A stretch of 64,000 bases of DNA from Verrucomicrobiota bacterium. GTDB lineage: Bacteria > Verrucomicrobiota > Verrucomicrobiia > Limisphaerales > AAA164-E04. The notes beneath the pieces were generated by a model. It saw only the letters and a program-made list of their open reading frames with translations. It was not told the origin of the DNA and searched no databases. The stretch lies in the NCBI GenBank assembly GCA_047947115.1, contig CP170459.1, positions 5,376,001-5,440,000 of the forward strand, read 5' to 3'. The translations under genes and the position numbers were made by a program. Positions 9,186 through 19,566 of the stretch are shown piece after piece. The stretch's first letter is position 1. The number at the start of each line of letters is the position of its first letter.

Positions 9186-11402
9186 ATGATCAACCGATTC
9201 ATTCATAACGCCGCCATCGTTTTCAGCAATTTGTTGCTGGGTTGCTTGGCGTGGAGCGCCGACCTTTCGCAAGCTGATTGGCAAATCGAACCGATCGATG
9301 CCAATGGAAGTATCTCTATTAATTACGACGTCAACATCGCCGTGGCTCATGGCGGGGTGAAAGTCAACCTGACAGATCCCTCGTTGGGTGGCGGATCGAT
9401 TCAGGCGGACCGGGTGACCATCGACATGGACACCCAGGAAGTCCTGGCCGAAGGCAATGTGACCATGCATCAAAATGGCGTTGTCTGGAGGGGCGAACGT
9501 CTCGAATACAATATCGCCACCAGAAGAATGGGCTCCGGCAGTTATCGTGCCGGTCAATCTCCATTCATCGCTTCAGGCACCGAACTCTCAATGGATCCCG
9601 AAACAGGCAGTTATCGCATCGGCAATGGATTTGTCTCCACGGACGACAACGAGAATCCAGCCATCAAGGTCAAGACAGGATCCCTTGAGGTGATCAATCA
9701 GGAACGATTTGTTGCCAAAAACGCAACGGTGTACGCCGGAAAAGTCCCGATTTTTTACCTGCCATATGTCAGTGGAAGTATGAACGGAGGAACAAGTCAA
9801 TTTAACACCACCCCCGGTTACCGTTCCCGTTATGGCGCCTACCTGCTGAACGAATACAACTGGCAGATGTCGGAAGACATCTCAACCACTTTCAAACTGG
9901 ATTACCGCACTTTAAGGGGATTGGCCGGTGGCGTGGATTTGGATTACCAGCTGGGTCCGGAGTTCGGGACAGGCACGATTCAATCCTACTATCTGGACGA
10001 TCGCCGGCCCGGCATTGATGCGCGCGGCAACCAGGTCACCAATGATCGCTTTCGATTGGGGTGGTTTCACATGGCGAATCTGACAACCAATCTGACCGCT
10101 CGCGTGTCGATTCAGAAACTGAGCGACCCACTGTTGAACCGTGATTTTTTTGAATCCTTTCATCGCCAGAACACTCAACCCAGATCCTATGTCGAGTTGA
10201 GTCAGCAATGGTCGAACTTCGCACTCTCCATCCTGGCGCAGCCCCAGGTGAATTCATTCCATAACCGGGTGGAACGGTTGCCGGAAATCAAGTTCACGGG
10301 ATTGCGCCAGCAAATCGGCGTCACTCCCTTGTTTTACGAAAGCCAGACCTCCGTCGGTTATTTTTCACGTGAATTCAGGTATGGCAATCAACCCAGCTTC
10401 GAGGCAACCCGCCTGGATTCATTCCATCAAGTACTGTATCCGAAAACCTACTTTGGCTGGTTGAACCTGACGCCCCGCATCGGCGGACGTTATGGCTATT
10501 ACTCGGAAACCTCCGGAACAGGAACCACCTTTAACGAGGAAACGCGTTTCGTGTTAAACACCGGCGCAGAGGCCTCCACCAAGATATCCCGTGTGTATCC
10601 ACAATATGAGAGCAGCTTGTTTGATGCGGACGGTCTTCGACACATCATCACGCCCTCGATTAACTACGTTTTCGTCCCCGAACCCAACGCCCGCCCGCTG
10701 AGCCTGCCTCAGTTCGATTATGAAATTGCCAGCCTGCGAATGTTGCCCATCGATTTCCCGGCGTTCAACTCCATAGACGCCATCGACACACGCAATGTGA
10801 TGCGAATGGGCATGCGCCACCAGTTACAAACCAAACGCGGCACCGAAGCGCTGGTGGAGAATCTTCTGGACTGGAATGTTTTCGCCGACTGGCGGTTAAA
10901 TACCGACCCAACCCAGGAAGATTTCGCGGACATGACATCCGACCTGAATTTCCGCCCTCGTTCCTGGATCAACATGGGCTCACAAGTCCGCTACAGCCTG
11001 GAGGACGGAGACACCCGCGTGGCCGACCAGAGCATTACCCTCCTGCCAAATAATGTCTGGAGCTTCCGGATCGGCCACATCTACATACGCGACGAACCCA
11101 CTTACTGGGGCAGCGGCAACAATGCATTCTACACACGCGCATACTACCGCCTGAACGAAAACTGGGGTGCAAGGGTCAACCACCAATATGAGGCCACCGA
11201 CGGAAGACTCGAAGAGCACTCCTACACGGTCTACCGCGACTTCCGCAGCTTCACCAGCGCCTTCAGCCTCCGGTTCCGCAATCCACGCGGCGGCCAGGAC
11301 AACGATTTCACCTTGGCTCTGGTACTGTCCATGAAAGCTTTCCCCAATGTTAAACTAGGAGAAGATTCCAACCAAACCGCGCACCTTTTTGATGGCAGGT
11401 AG
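9186..11402 (+). CDS. lptD: LPS-assembly outer-membrane protein LptD-like
   Basis: Signal peptide, OstA-like N-domain (IQADRVTID...AEGNVT...GERLEYN), VPIFYLPY, ERLPEI, long aromatic-rich beta-barrel. The ORF-track start at 8985 lies inside the REP array and is rejected. Confidence 0.8.
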   Translation: MINRFIHNAAIVFSNLLLGCLAWSADLSQADWQIEPIDANGSISINYDVNIAVAHGGVKVNLTDPSLGGGSIQADRVTIDMDTQEVLAEGNVTMHQNGVVWRGERLEYNIATRRMGSGSYRAGQSPFIASGTELSMDPETGSYRIGNGFVSTDDNENPAIKVKTGSLEVINQERFVAKNATVYAGKVPIFYLPYVSGSMNGGTSQFNTTPGYRSRYGAYLLNEYNWQMSEDISTTFKLDYRTLRGLAGGVDLDYQLGPEFGTGTIQSYYLDDRRPGIDARGNQVTNDRFRLGWFHMANLTTNLTARVSIQKLSDPLLNRDFFESFHRQNTQPRSYVELSQQWSNFALSILAQPQVNSFHNRVERLPEIKFTGLRQQIGVTPLFYESQTSVGYFSREFRYGNQPSFEATRLDSFHQVLYPKTYFGWLNLTPRIGGRYGYYSETSGTGTTFNEETRFVLNTGAEASTKISRVYPQYESSLFDADGLRHIITPSINYVFVPEPNARPLSLPQFDYEIASLRMLPIDFPAFNSIDAIDTRNVMRMGMRHQLQTKRGTEALVENLLDWNVFADWRLNTDPTQEDFADMTSDLNFRPRSWINMGSQVRYSLEDGDTRVADQSITLLPNNVWSFRIGHIYIRDEPTYWGSGNNAFYTRAYYRLNENWGARVNHQYEATDGRLEEHSYTVYRDFRSFTSAFSLRFRNPRGGQDNDFTLALVLSMKAFPNVKLGEDSNQTAHLFDGR

Positions 11403-11420
11403 TTTCATTACCTGCCTATA

Positions 11421-13448
11421 ATGCGGGTATCCATGAACACCATTCGAGTTTCATACCGATTTGCAAAATACCAGTTTTGCACCATGGCCCTGCTGTGTAT
11501 TGGGATCGCCACGCATGCTCAAGAGACTCTTTCTCTCGCTTCACCCGACGGCAATATCCAGACTGAAATAACCCTCCCCCATCCCGGCAGCTCAAAGGAC
11601 CTTCATTGGTCGGCGAAACGGAATGAGAAACCTCTTCTGGAAAAGTGCGAAATTAACCTCTCCTCCCCAGAGCATGGCGATCTGTTGAAATCAGCAAAAT
11701 GGCTCTACTCAACAAGACGCTCACAGGATACTCGCATCCCTGTCCTCTTTGGGAAGTCCAGTCATGCGAATGACACCTTCAACGAATTACGGCTTGCTTT
11801 TACGGCAAAGGAAACACTTCAGGTTGATATTGTCTTCAGGTGCTATTCGAACGCTGTCGCTCTACGCTACGAAGTTAAATCCGACCAGGATCAGGAAAAG
11901 ATAATCATCTCGGATGAAGGAACCAGCTTCCAACTCGCGGGTAACCCGACAACCTTTGTCCAATACCTCGAGCATTACAAAACATCACACGAACACGAGG
12001 TCGATATCATCCCATACGACGCCATTCCATCCAATCAATTATTGGACACACCACTGACAGCATTCTGGTCGGACAAAAGCAGCGTGGCCATCACCGAATC
12101 CGCCCTGAGAAACTACGCAGGCATGGCGTTGATGCGTTCCGCACAAACCGGCGCTTTCGTCAGCAAACTTACCCCACGGCCAGACGGCAACAAAGTTGAA
12201 GCGACACTTCCACTCAAAACCCCATGGCGCGTCGTATTGATCGGCGATCAACCCGGTGACCTGCTGGAATCCAACACCCTTTACTGCCTGAACGAACCAT
12301 CCGCCATCGCTGACACATCCTGGATCAAACCGGACAGACTTACCTTTCACTGGTGGAACGGAGATGTTTACGACGGCAAACCCGGAGCATCCCCCCTGTC
12401 ATTTGAAACCAATAAGAAATACATTGATTTCTGCGCCCGAAACGGACTCCCGATCCACTCGATCACGTCCACCGAATCGCCAACTACCCCCTGGTATCAT
12501 CAATCCAAACGCGGTGTGGCGCCAGGGCCTGATACGAATGTCACGCGACCACTTGATGGGTTTGATTTACCCAGGATCATGGAATATGCGAAATCGAAAG
12601 GCATCCGCTTATGGACATGGGTACATCAGGCGGCCCTGCACGGTCGGGTTGAGGAAGCTTTTGCAGCGTTTGAAAAAATGGGTTGGTCAGGCATGATGGT
12701 GGATTTCATCGATCACGACGATCAGGACCACGTCAAATTCACCGAAGAAATCCTGAAAGCCGCCGCACGCCATCACATCCTGATCCATTTTCACGGAGTA
12801 TGGAAACCCACCGGACTGGAACTTACCTACCCAAACCTGATGAACCACGAAGGAGCTTTGAATCTGGAGTATCTCAAATGGAGCGACCGCTGCACACCCG
12901 AACATAATCTCCGGATGGCTTTTACCCGCTTGGTCGCAGGCCCCATGGATTATCACCTCGGCGGGTTTCGATCCCTGCCCGCCGATCAATTCAAACCACG
13001 TCAAATCGCGCCGCATGTCCTGGGAACACGCAGCCACATGCTGGCCATGTATGTGTGCTTTGACAATCCGGCCCCCATGATCGCCGATTACCCCACCGCC
13101 TACGAAGGCCAACCCGGTTTCGACTTCTTAAAAACCGTCCCCACCTGGTGGGATGAAACACGAGTCTTGCAAACTGAGGTTGGAGAATTACTGATTGTCG
13201 CCCGTCGCAAAGGCCGGGACTGGTATCTGGGCGGCATGTCCGGCAGTCAATCCCACCAAATCAAAATCCCCATGACTTTTCTCGGGTTGGGAAAATGGAA
13301 AGCAACCATTTGGGGTGACGCAACGGATTCAGAAACTAACCCGAATCATCTAAAAATTGAAACGCTATCCATCTCCGGCAAGGAATCTCTTTCTTTCCAC
13401 CTGGTTCAAGGCGGAGGGTTTGTGGCAGCATTTAAGACTGAAAATTGA
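11421..13448 (+). CDS. Glycoside hydrolase family 97, probably retaining type
   Basis: LASPDG N-terminus, TPWRVVLIG, DTSWIKP, KYIDFCA, GMMVDF, FHGVWKPTGL..TYPN, HEG..NLEY, FTRLVAGPMDYH.G, VPTWWDET, ARRKG.DWYLG. Confidence 0.92.
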   Translation: MRVSMNTIRVSYRFAKYQFCTMALLCIGIATHAQETLSLASPDGNIQTEITLPHPGSSKDLHWSAKRNEKPLLEKCEINLSSPEHGDLLKSAKWLYSTRRSQDTRIPVLFGKSSHANDTFNELRLAFTAKETLQVDIVFRCYSNAVALRYEVKSDQDQEKIIISDEGTSFQLAGNPTTFVQYLEHYKTSHEHEVDIIPYDAIPSNQLLDTPLTAFWSDKSSVAITESALRNYAGMALMRSAQTGAFVSKLTPRPDGNKVEATLPLKTPWRVVLIGDQPGDLLESNTLYCLNEPSAIADTSWIKPDRLTFHWWNGDVYDGKPGASPLSFETNKKYIDFCARNGLPIHSITSTESPTTPWYHQSKRGVAPGPDTNVTRPLDGFDLPRIMEYAKSKGIRLWTWVHQAALHGRVEEAFAAFEKMGWSGMMVDFIDHDDQDHVKFTEEILKAAARHHILIHFHGVWKPTGLELTYPNLMNHEGALNLEYLKWSDRCTPEHNLRMAFTRLVAGPMDYHLGGFRSLPADQFKPRQIAPHVLGTRSHMLAMYVCFDNPAPMIADYPTAYEGQPGFDFLKTVPTWWDETRVLQTEVGELLIVARRKGRDWYLGGMSGSQSHQIKIPMTFLGLGKWKATIWGDATDSETNPNHLKIETLSISGKESLSFHLVQGGGFVAAFKTEN

Positions 13449-13497
13449 ACCGCGAAATCTATTGGAGATCCAGGCTTTTCCGGACTAGACTCCAGCT

Positions 13498-14691
13498 ATG
13501 CATTCACCTTTCAAGCACTACATCTTTTATCTATCCAGCCTGTTCCTTTATGTCACCTCCATTGCACAGGATCTGGACAATTCCATCGCAGAAGCCATAC
13601 AACCATTCTTGAAAGACCAGGTTGTCGCGGGAGCAGTCACTTTGGTCGGACGAGATGGCGGCATCACACATCTGGAAGCGCATGGCATGGCGGATAAAAA
13701 TCTTGGACGGAGCATGCAGGAGGAAGATCTTTTCTGGATCGCCTCCATGACAAAACCAATTATTGGGACGGCTATCTTGATCCTGCAAGATCATGGGAAA
13801 CTTCATGTCGATGACCTTGTTAAAAAACATCTGGCGGAATTTGACGACCTTTGGTTGTTGGAAAAACAAGACAAAGATCATCGCACCCTCAAACGTCCTG
13901 CCCGTGATATCACACTGAAGGATCTCCTGACGCATACAGCCGGCGTCCCGAACATTACGGAACCTCGCGCTCATTCAACACTCGGCGAAGTCGTCGCACA
14001 GGTATCCCAGCAACCGCTGCGATTCGAACCCGGCAGCAAGTGGAGTTACAGCAACTCAGGCATCAACACGCTTGGACGTGTAGTGGAAGTTATTTCAGGC
14101 ATGCCGCTGCCTCAATTCTTGAATGAAACCATCTTTCTCCCGTTGGGCATGCATCAAACCACCTTTTTCCCTACAAAAAAACAGGTCAAACGACTGGCAA
14201 GATCGTATCAAAAAAACAAAACAACTGGAGAACTTCAGCCAACCGACTTGTATTTTGTCAGAGGCAATCTATGGGATCGAAAACGAACGGTGCGCCCTTC
14301 GGGAGGGCTCTTTTCAACGGCGGAAGATTTGTATGCGTTTTACCAGATGATGCTGAACAAGGGTATTTATCGAGGCAAACGCATTCTCTCCGAAATTGCG
14401 GTGACACAATTGACTACCATTCAAACAGGCGATATCAAGACCGGGTTTACCGAAGGCATGAGTTGGGGACTGGGTTTTCAAGTGGTGAAAGATCCGCAAG
14501 GTGTGACGGAAATGCTTCACCCTGGCACTTTTGGTCACGGGGGAGCCTACGCAACACACAGCTGGGCAGATCCGGTCAACCAAACGATTTACATCTTACT
14601 GGTCCAAAGCCGAGGCATGCCCGGGGGAGACGGAGCCGAAATACGCCGAGCCTTCCAGCAAGCGGTCGTCGATTCGTTGAATGTGCGGTAG
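13498..14691 (+). CDS. Serine hydrolase, beta-lactamase class C/esterase family
   Basis: IASMTK (SxxK), LLTHTAG, FEPGSKWSYSN (YxN), GGLFSTAED, FGHGGA. Confidence 0.9.
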   Translation: MHSPFKHYIFYLSSLFLYVTSIAQDLDNSIAEAIQPFLKDQVVAGAVTLVGRDGGITHLEAHGMADKNLGRSMQEEDLFWIASMTKPIIGTAILILQDHGKLHVDDLVKKHLAEFDDLWLLEKQDKDHRTLKRPARDITLKDLLTHTAGVPNITEPRAHSTLGEVVAQVSQQPLRFEPGSKWSYSNSGINTLGRVVEVISGMPLPQFLNETIFLPLGMHQTTFFPTKKQVKRLARSYQKNKTTGELQPTDLYFVRGNLWDRKRTVRPSGGLFSTAEDLYAFYQMMLNKGIYRGKRILSEIAVTQLTTIQTGDIKTGFTEGMSWGLGFQVVKDPQGVTEMLHPGTFGHGGAYATHSWADPVNQTIYILLVQSRGMPGGDGAEIRRAFQQAVVDSLNVR

Positions 14692-14963
14692 GTTTGTCCG
14701 TGCACATCGGAACCATACGCCCTGCGCAGGTAGGGATGCGCTGCTGCGCGTCCGGTGGCGTGTCCGCTCAACGCAACAGACCTTCGCACCCCCCAACGCG
14801 CTCGCGGCTCCGCGGCAGCGGAGCCCTACCAAACCAGGCGCCCTGCGCCGGTAGGGATGTCCGCGATACATCGGGACTGCGCGTCCGGTGGCGTGTCGGC
14901 TCAACGCAGCAGACAATCGCACACCCCAACGCGCTCACGGCTCCGCGGTAGCGGAGCCCTACC
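14688..14963. repeat. REP/REPIN units flanking the 3' end of RAYT (2 doublets plus a partial REP)
   Basis: Doublets at 14729-14830 and 14850-14963 have the same GGTAGGGA...CGTCCG and CGGCTCCGCGG.AGCGGAGCCCTACC ends as the 8.8-9.1 kb array. A partial GTAGGTTTGTCCG starts at 14688. Confidence 0.9.
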
Positions 14964-15420
14964 AGCGAATATCATGCACGCGCCCTTGATAGGGCCACTC
15001 TTCAGCCTTCGAAACCAACCATGCTCTCACTGGGTTTTGACGAACATATTGCCATTTATCACGATATCTCTCGCCATTTCGTAAGCGATGATGAAACCCT
15101 GATCGCTGAAATTTACCAAGTTCCAATCCCTCTTTGGTAAAGCGATCCTTCCAAAATGAAATCCAACGCTCGATTGCGACAGACAAATCATGGGGTGCAC
15201 AAAACAAATGTAAATGGTCGGGCATAAGTAAATAGTCACTGACCAGCCATGCTGCAGCTTGCTTCAACCAAATGGTATGCAGACGATTTTTAACTGAATC
15301 CTGAGCAAGCCACGGTTTTCGTTTCTCGGTACATACGGTAAGAAAAACCCAGTTTGGACCTGCATAAGATAGGTGAACACCTTTGGCTGGTGTTTTTCTA
15401 ATGGGACATTCTGAACTCAT
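14959..15420 (-). CDS. rayT: REP-associated tyrosine transposase (RAYT, IS200/Y1 HUH family)
   Basis: FLTVCT, LLMPDHLHLF (HUH), FQRSGFHHRLR, YVRQNPVRA.LV..AEEWPY. Flanked on both sides by GTAG REPs and visibly more AT-rich than its neighbours. Confidence 0.92.
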   Translation of the reverse strand: MSSECPIRKTPAKGVHLSYAGPNWVFLTVCTEKRKPWLAQDSVKNRLHTIWLKQAAAWLVSDYLLMPDHLHLFCAPHDLSVAIERWISFWKDRFTKEGLELGKFQRSGFHHRLRNGERYRDKWQYVRQNPVRAWLVSKAEEWPYQGRVHDIRW

Positions 15421-15532
15421 CGTAACTGGTATTCTCCTGATAACGGTTAATGACTAAAAAATGAACGAAATATAGCGAGTGGCCTTCATATTTAAAAAAT
15501 GAAACCAGTGGAATCAAGAACGCCCTTGCGCA

Positions 15533-15671
15533 GGTAGGGATGTCCGCGATACATCGGGAATGCGCGTCCGGTGGCGTGTCCGCAAAACGCAACAGACCTT
15601 CGCACACCCCAACGCGCTCGCGGCTCCGCGGCAGCGGAGCCCTACCAAACCCAGCGGCCTATCAAACCTAC
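15533..15671. repeat. REP doublet flanking the 5' side of RAYT
   Basis: 15533-15646 is a near copy of the 14729/14850 units in direct orientation. CAAACCTAC at 15663-15671 is the inverse of 14688-14696. Confidence 0.9.
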
Positions 15672-17050
15672 TCGTAACTGGTGAAGGTTTTCCGTTCGGT
15701 TACCGGATACCAATCCTGAATATGCCCGGCCAATCGTTTGACAAGTTCCGGATGTTGTCCAGCAAGGTTGTTGGTCTCGGTAGGATCGGCTATGAGGTCA
15801 AAAAGTTGGGGCCGCTTCTCTGATCGAGGATGCGTGGTCTGGTAACGATTTACTTCGCCGTCATAGGTCAACAACAACTTCCATCGACCTTCTATGGTCC
15901 AACGATAGAGCAAGGACGCTTCTGGTTTTTCAATGTCCGCGATGTCGTGGGCGAAACCTTCCCCAAGTATATACGTGCGGGATATGGCATCTCCTTCGCG
16001 CAATGAGGACATCAGGTTCAGTCCTGGTAAACCATCAGGCTGACGAGCTCCCGCTGCGTCAAGAATGGTTGGCACCAAGTCTATACTACTGACCAATTCA
16101 GGACGGTCAGCTGGTTTCATTGTTTTCGGCCAGTTGAACATGATTGGCGTACGAATCCCCCCCTCGTAGGGAGTTTGTTTGGATCGCGGAGCATATCCGC
16201 CGCGCTCAGGGCTTTGAATCCATCCGTTGTCCGTGACGTAAACAACCATGGTATTGTCTCTTACACCCCGGTCATCAAGAATTCCCAGCAATTCACCACA
16301 GGTTTCATCGAACCATTCGCACATGGCGTAATACCTTGCCACGTGAGGTGAAGCCACTTTGTCTTTATATTTGCTGAAAAGTCGTTCAGGTGGATTATGG
16401 GGTGTGTGGGGCAGGAAAGGTGCATACCAGAGGAAAAACGGTTTTTTTTCCTCAACGGCATGTCCGACAAAATCCCGGATGGGTTTCAGTCCCTCGCGAC
16501 CAATTTTCAACCCGTCATCCCCATGCCGACCTCCGGGTTTAGGAAATCCCCGGGTCATCCCATGAGTAAATCCTCCATGACTATATTTCCCTTCCCACCA
16601 CTTGCCACTTTGGTGACTGAGATAGCCTTGTTCACCCAACAGCTCAGGCAGGGCATCAAACTTTTCAATGTAGGAAATCAATTGAGCGCGTCGTGCATTG
16701 TATAAGTCCGAATCACGCTCGGCGTATTTGGGGGAAGGATCGTTGCCCGTAACACCGTGTCGATGCGCATACTGCCCGGTGGCAAGGGTCATGAGCGATG
16801 GACGACATAATGCCGTAGGCACGTAGCCACGGCGAAAAAGCACGCTTTGTTCGGCAAGTTTGTCCAAGTGAGGTGTCTGAATCAGGTCATGCCCCATGAA
16901 CCCGTAATCCGTCCAGGCCTGATCATCCGAAATGATCAAAACGATGTTGGGTTTCTCTGCCGCCAAAGCTGGAGAAGGTTTCAAACAAATCCCCCCCCCG
17001 ATCAAAGCACAACACAACCAAAGGAAAAAACGGAAACAATTGGATCTCAT
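15668..17050 (-). CDS. Sulfatase-family protein, secreted (CRPSL variant motif)
   Basis: Signal peptide, KPNIVLIISDDQ, LCRPSLMTLATG, GKWW, PHTP, TDNG, K.TPYEGGIRTP, LFDL.ADP.ETNNLA. Confidence 0.88.
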   Translation of the reverse strand: MRSNCFRFFLWLCCALIGGGICLKPSPALAAEKPNIVLIISDDQAWTDYGFMGHDLIQTPHLDKLAEQSVLFRRGYVPTALCRPSLMTLATGQYAHRHGVTGNDPSPKYAERDSDLYNARRAQLISYIEKFDALPELLGEQGYLSHQSGKWWEGKYSHGGFTHGMTRGFPKPGGRHGDDGLKIGREGLKPIRDFVGHAVEEKKPFFLWYAPFLPHTPHNPPERLFSKYKDKVASPHVARYYAMCEWFDETCGELLGILDDRGVRDNTMVVYVTDNGWIQSPERGGYAPRSKQTPYEGGIRTPIMFNWPKTMKPADRPELVSSIDLVPTILDAAGARQPDGLPGLNLMSSLREGDAISRTYILGEGFAHDIADIEKPEASLLYRWTIEGRWKLLLTYDGEVNRYQTTHPRSEKRPQLFDLIADPTETNNLAGQHPELVKRLAGHIQDWYPVTERKTFTSYE

Positions 17051-17185
17051 GCGCGCAGTTCTACACCAAAAACCCGAATCATTCCACCCGATAATTGCCC
17101 CCTTGCAATGGCACTATTTTTTCCTGAAGGAGACTACACTCTAAATAGCCGAGCCGCCCCCTTTTCAGGAAATGCCGCCACAGTT

Positions 17186-17812
17186 TCACTGTTCATCATG
17201 GAAGGATTTCAATCCTTTGGGCGTTTCAAGAAGGGTGTTCAGAACGATGGCAGATCGAAGCTGTTTGCGATGACGCAGCCATTGTCGAATCTGCCTGCTG
17301 TTGGTTCCAAAACCGGCGAACTGAGGGGTGGCGGCGTCCTTTTTTGGATGTTTCTGCGTACGATCAGCTTTCCGTCGGGCTTCGCGAAGTTTTTGGGCTG
17401 CTTCCTTTTTCTTGCGCTCAATGTCAGCCAGTTTCTTCTGGTGAACCTGCACCGGATCTGAAATACGGGGAACACCTGTCTCGATCAAAGGCTCAGCTTG
17501 AACAGGACCACCCTGCCGCCGGGATGGTTCGTCGTCCAGCACTTCCACAAGAGGTCGATCTTCGGTCAGTCTGCGTAATTCCTTCTCCAACTGTTCAAAC
17601 AAGGAACCCGCCTTCCGCTTGCCCTGCACTTCACCTTGTCCGGATGGTGGACGCGCGCCATTTCCCGGGCGAACCGGACGAGTGGGCGGGGCTGGAACGG
17701 AATCATCGCCCCCTTTGGCGGCACGACGTTTGGTCAACCATTCCGACACCGCCGATAGAAGGGCGATGATCAGAAAGATAAAGAAACCGTTGTCGAGAAA
17801 GCCTAACATCAC
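17186..17812 (-). CDS. Hypothetical membrane-anchored protein (YqfB-like position in nfeD-floA operon)
   Basis: N-terminal hydrophobic helix, Pro-rich linker, basic coiled segment, C-terminal LRSAIVLNTLLETPKGL; co-oriented downstream of floA. Confidence 0.65.
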   Translation of the reverse strand: MMLGFLDNGFFIFLIIALLSAVSEWLTKRRAAKGGDDSVPAPPTRPVRPGNGARPPSGQGEVQGKRKAGSLFEQLEKELRRLTEDRPLVEVLDDEPSRRQGGPVQAEPLIETGVPRISDPVQVHQKKLADIERKKKEAAQKLREARRKADRTQKHPKKDAATPQFAGFGTNSRQIRQWLRHRKQLRSAIVLNTLLETPKGLKSFHDEQ

Positions 17813-17869
17813 GCTGAACCGCTAAGTAATCGTCTGCGTTGGTTCAATCCTAAGAAACAGCGGCAAAGT

Positions 17870-18895
17870 TTAATCATTACTGATAGATGAATCCGGACGA
17901 CTGTCGTCCTTGCCAATGGAATCCCTCATGCTGGTATCGGCCTGGATATTTCGCAAACGATAATAGTCCATCACTCCGAGGTTGCCTGAACGGAACGCCT
18001 CTGCAATGGCGAGTGGCACCTGAGCTTCGGCCTCCACCACTCGGGCACGCATTTCTTCCACTCGAGCAACCATCTCTTGCTCGGTCGCCACTGCGGCGGC
18101 GCGACGGACTTCGGCCTGGGCCTGAGCGATGAGCTTATTGGCATCAGCCTGTTCAGCCTGCAACTTGGCGCCTACGTTTCCACCAACATCCACATCGGCG
18201 ATATCAATAGACAGGATTTCGAAAGCCGTGTTACTGTCGAGCGACTTGCCCAATACGGTCTTGGAGATGCGATCTGGATTTTCCAAAACATCCTTGTAGG
18301 AGTCGGAGGAACCGATGGTGGAAACAATTCCCTCACCTACACGAGCCACGATGGTCTCCTCGGTGGCCCCCCCCACGAAACGATCCAGGTTGGTGCGAAC
18401 CGTGACACGCGCTTTGGCTTTGATAACAATACCGTCCTTGGCCACCGCATCAATCGTTCCTTTACCCACACTCGAACTTGGACAATCGATCACACGCGGA
18501 TTGACGGATGTTTTAACGGCTTCGATAACATTTTTCCCGGTCCCTTTGGTCGCCAGATCAATCGCGCATGCCCGATCAAACTCCAAACGAATATTGGCTT
18601 TGCGAGCGGCGATCAAAGCTTGCACCACCATATCGATGCTCCCTCCCGCAAGATAGTGTGTAGAAAGGTCATCAATTGAGAGTGGCAAGCCGGATTTGAT
18701 AGCTGTGATACGCACATTCACCAGCATGCCCACCGGAACATTTCGCAGTCTCAAGGCGATGAGTTCAGTGTAGGACACACGCGCACCAGAAAATAATGCC
18801 CGCAACCAAATGCTGAAAAAATTGATTAAAAGCAGTGCGCCCACCAATAGGATGACGCCGCCCAATCCATACAAAAAAATGTCCATCGGATTCAT
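17870..18895 (-). CDS. floA: Flotillin-like protein FloA (YqfA family)
   Basis: [86 protein letters not shown]. Confidence 0.93.
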   Translation of the reverse strand: MNPMDIFLYGLGGVILLVGALLLINFFSIWLRALFSGARVSYTELIALRLRNVPVGMLVNVRITAIKSGLPLSIDDLSTHYLAGGSIDMVVQALIAARKANIRLEFDRACAIDLATKGTGKNVIEAVKTSVNPRVIDCPSSSVGKGTIDAVAKDGIVIKAKARVTVRTNLDRFVGGATEETIVARVGEGIVSTIGSSDSYKDVLENPDRISKTVLGKSLDSNTAFEILSIDIADVDVGGNVGAKLQAEQADANKLIAQAQAEVRRAAAVATEQEMVARVEEMRARVVEAEAQVPLAIAEAFRSGNLGVMDYYRLRNIQADTSMRDSIGKDDSRPDSSISND

Positions 18896-18985
18896 TTAGT
18901 TCTTTCTAAGGAAAACCTGTTTATTGCTTACAAACGCTACACTAACCACAAAACCCACCCACTGCAAAGGGAACCGGGAAAAACA

Positions 18986-19453
18986 TTAATCTTCCTCGTC
19001 CCTGCGAACAACCACCCGCATCCCCTCGACGTCCATCACTTTGACCCGTGTGTCCTGATCGATCATACCCCCTTCAGTCACTACATCCACTTTGGTCCCA
19101 TTCAACAGTCGCACGGCTCCACAAGGCCTCAGGTGGGAAAGGGCGATTCCTTTTTGCCCGATCCATTCAGTATGCTCGTTTCCAATATCTCCAATAGTGC
19201 TTTTGGAAACAAACCGTTGTGCCACTTTACTCTTTGGAAACCAGGCCATCCACGCGAAGAACTCAATCCCCCCCAACACCACGATGCCAAAGGCAATGTA
19301 ATGCTGTGTTGGATCGTCATAATGCTGATATCCATAGGCAATGGCAGCCAAATAGCACAACCCGCCAAGCAATCCTGCGATCATGCCTGGCAAAAAGATT
19401 TCCGCCAACAGTAGCAGGCTTCCCACGACCAACAATGTGAGGATGATGGACAT
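18986..19453 (-). CDS. NfeD-family membrane protein (short form)
   Basis: Three hydrophobic segments (EIFLPG), C-terminal OB-fold G.A.S.LRP.G...DVVTEGGMI...V.V..VEG.RVVV; upstream of floA. Confidence 0.88.
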   Translation of the reverse strand: MSIILTLLVVGSLLLLAEIFLPGMIAGLLGGLCYLAAIAYGYQHYDDPTQHYIAFGIVVLGGIEFFAWMAWFPKSKVAQRFVSKSTIGDIGNEHTEWIGQKGIALSHLRPCGAVRLLNGTKVDVVTEGGMIDQDTRVKVMDVEGMRVVVRRDEED

Positions 19454-19566
19454 GCCTTAATCTAGAACCGCCCTTCGAGAGAAACAAGATCCAAAAACCA
19501 ACATAATCCCCGACATCTTCCAATAAACATTGCAAAAATCGACTCGGCTCTCTATCCCTAGTCCCC

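Noticed and set aside
8732..9208. ORFs repeating GRAPLPRSRER/RLRGSGALP (also at 14589-15084 and 15398-15823) and the 8985 start for lptD
   Set aside because: They are translations of REP DNA.
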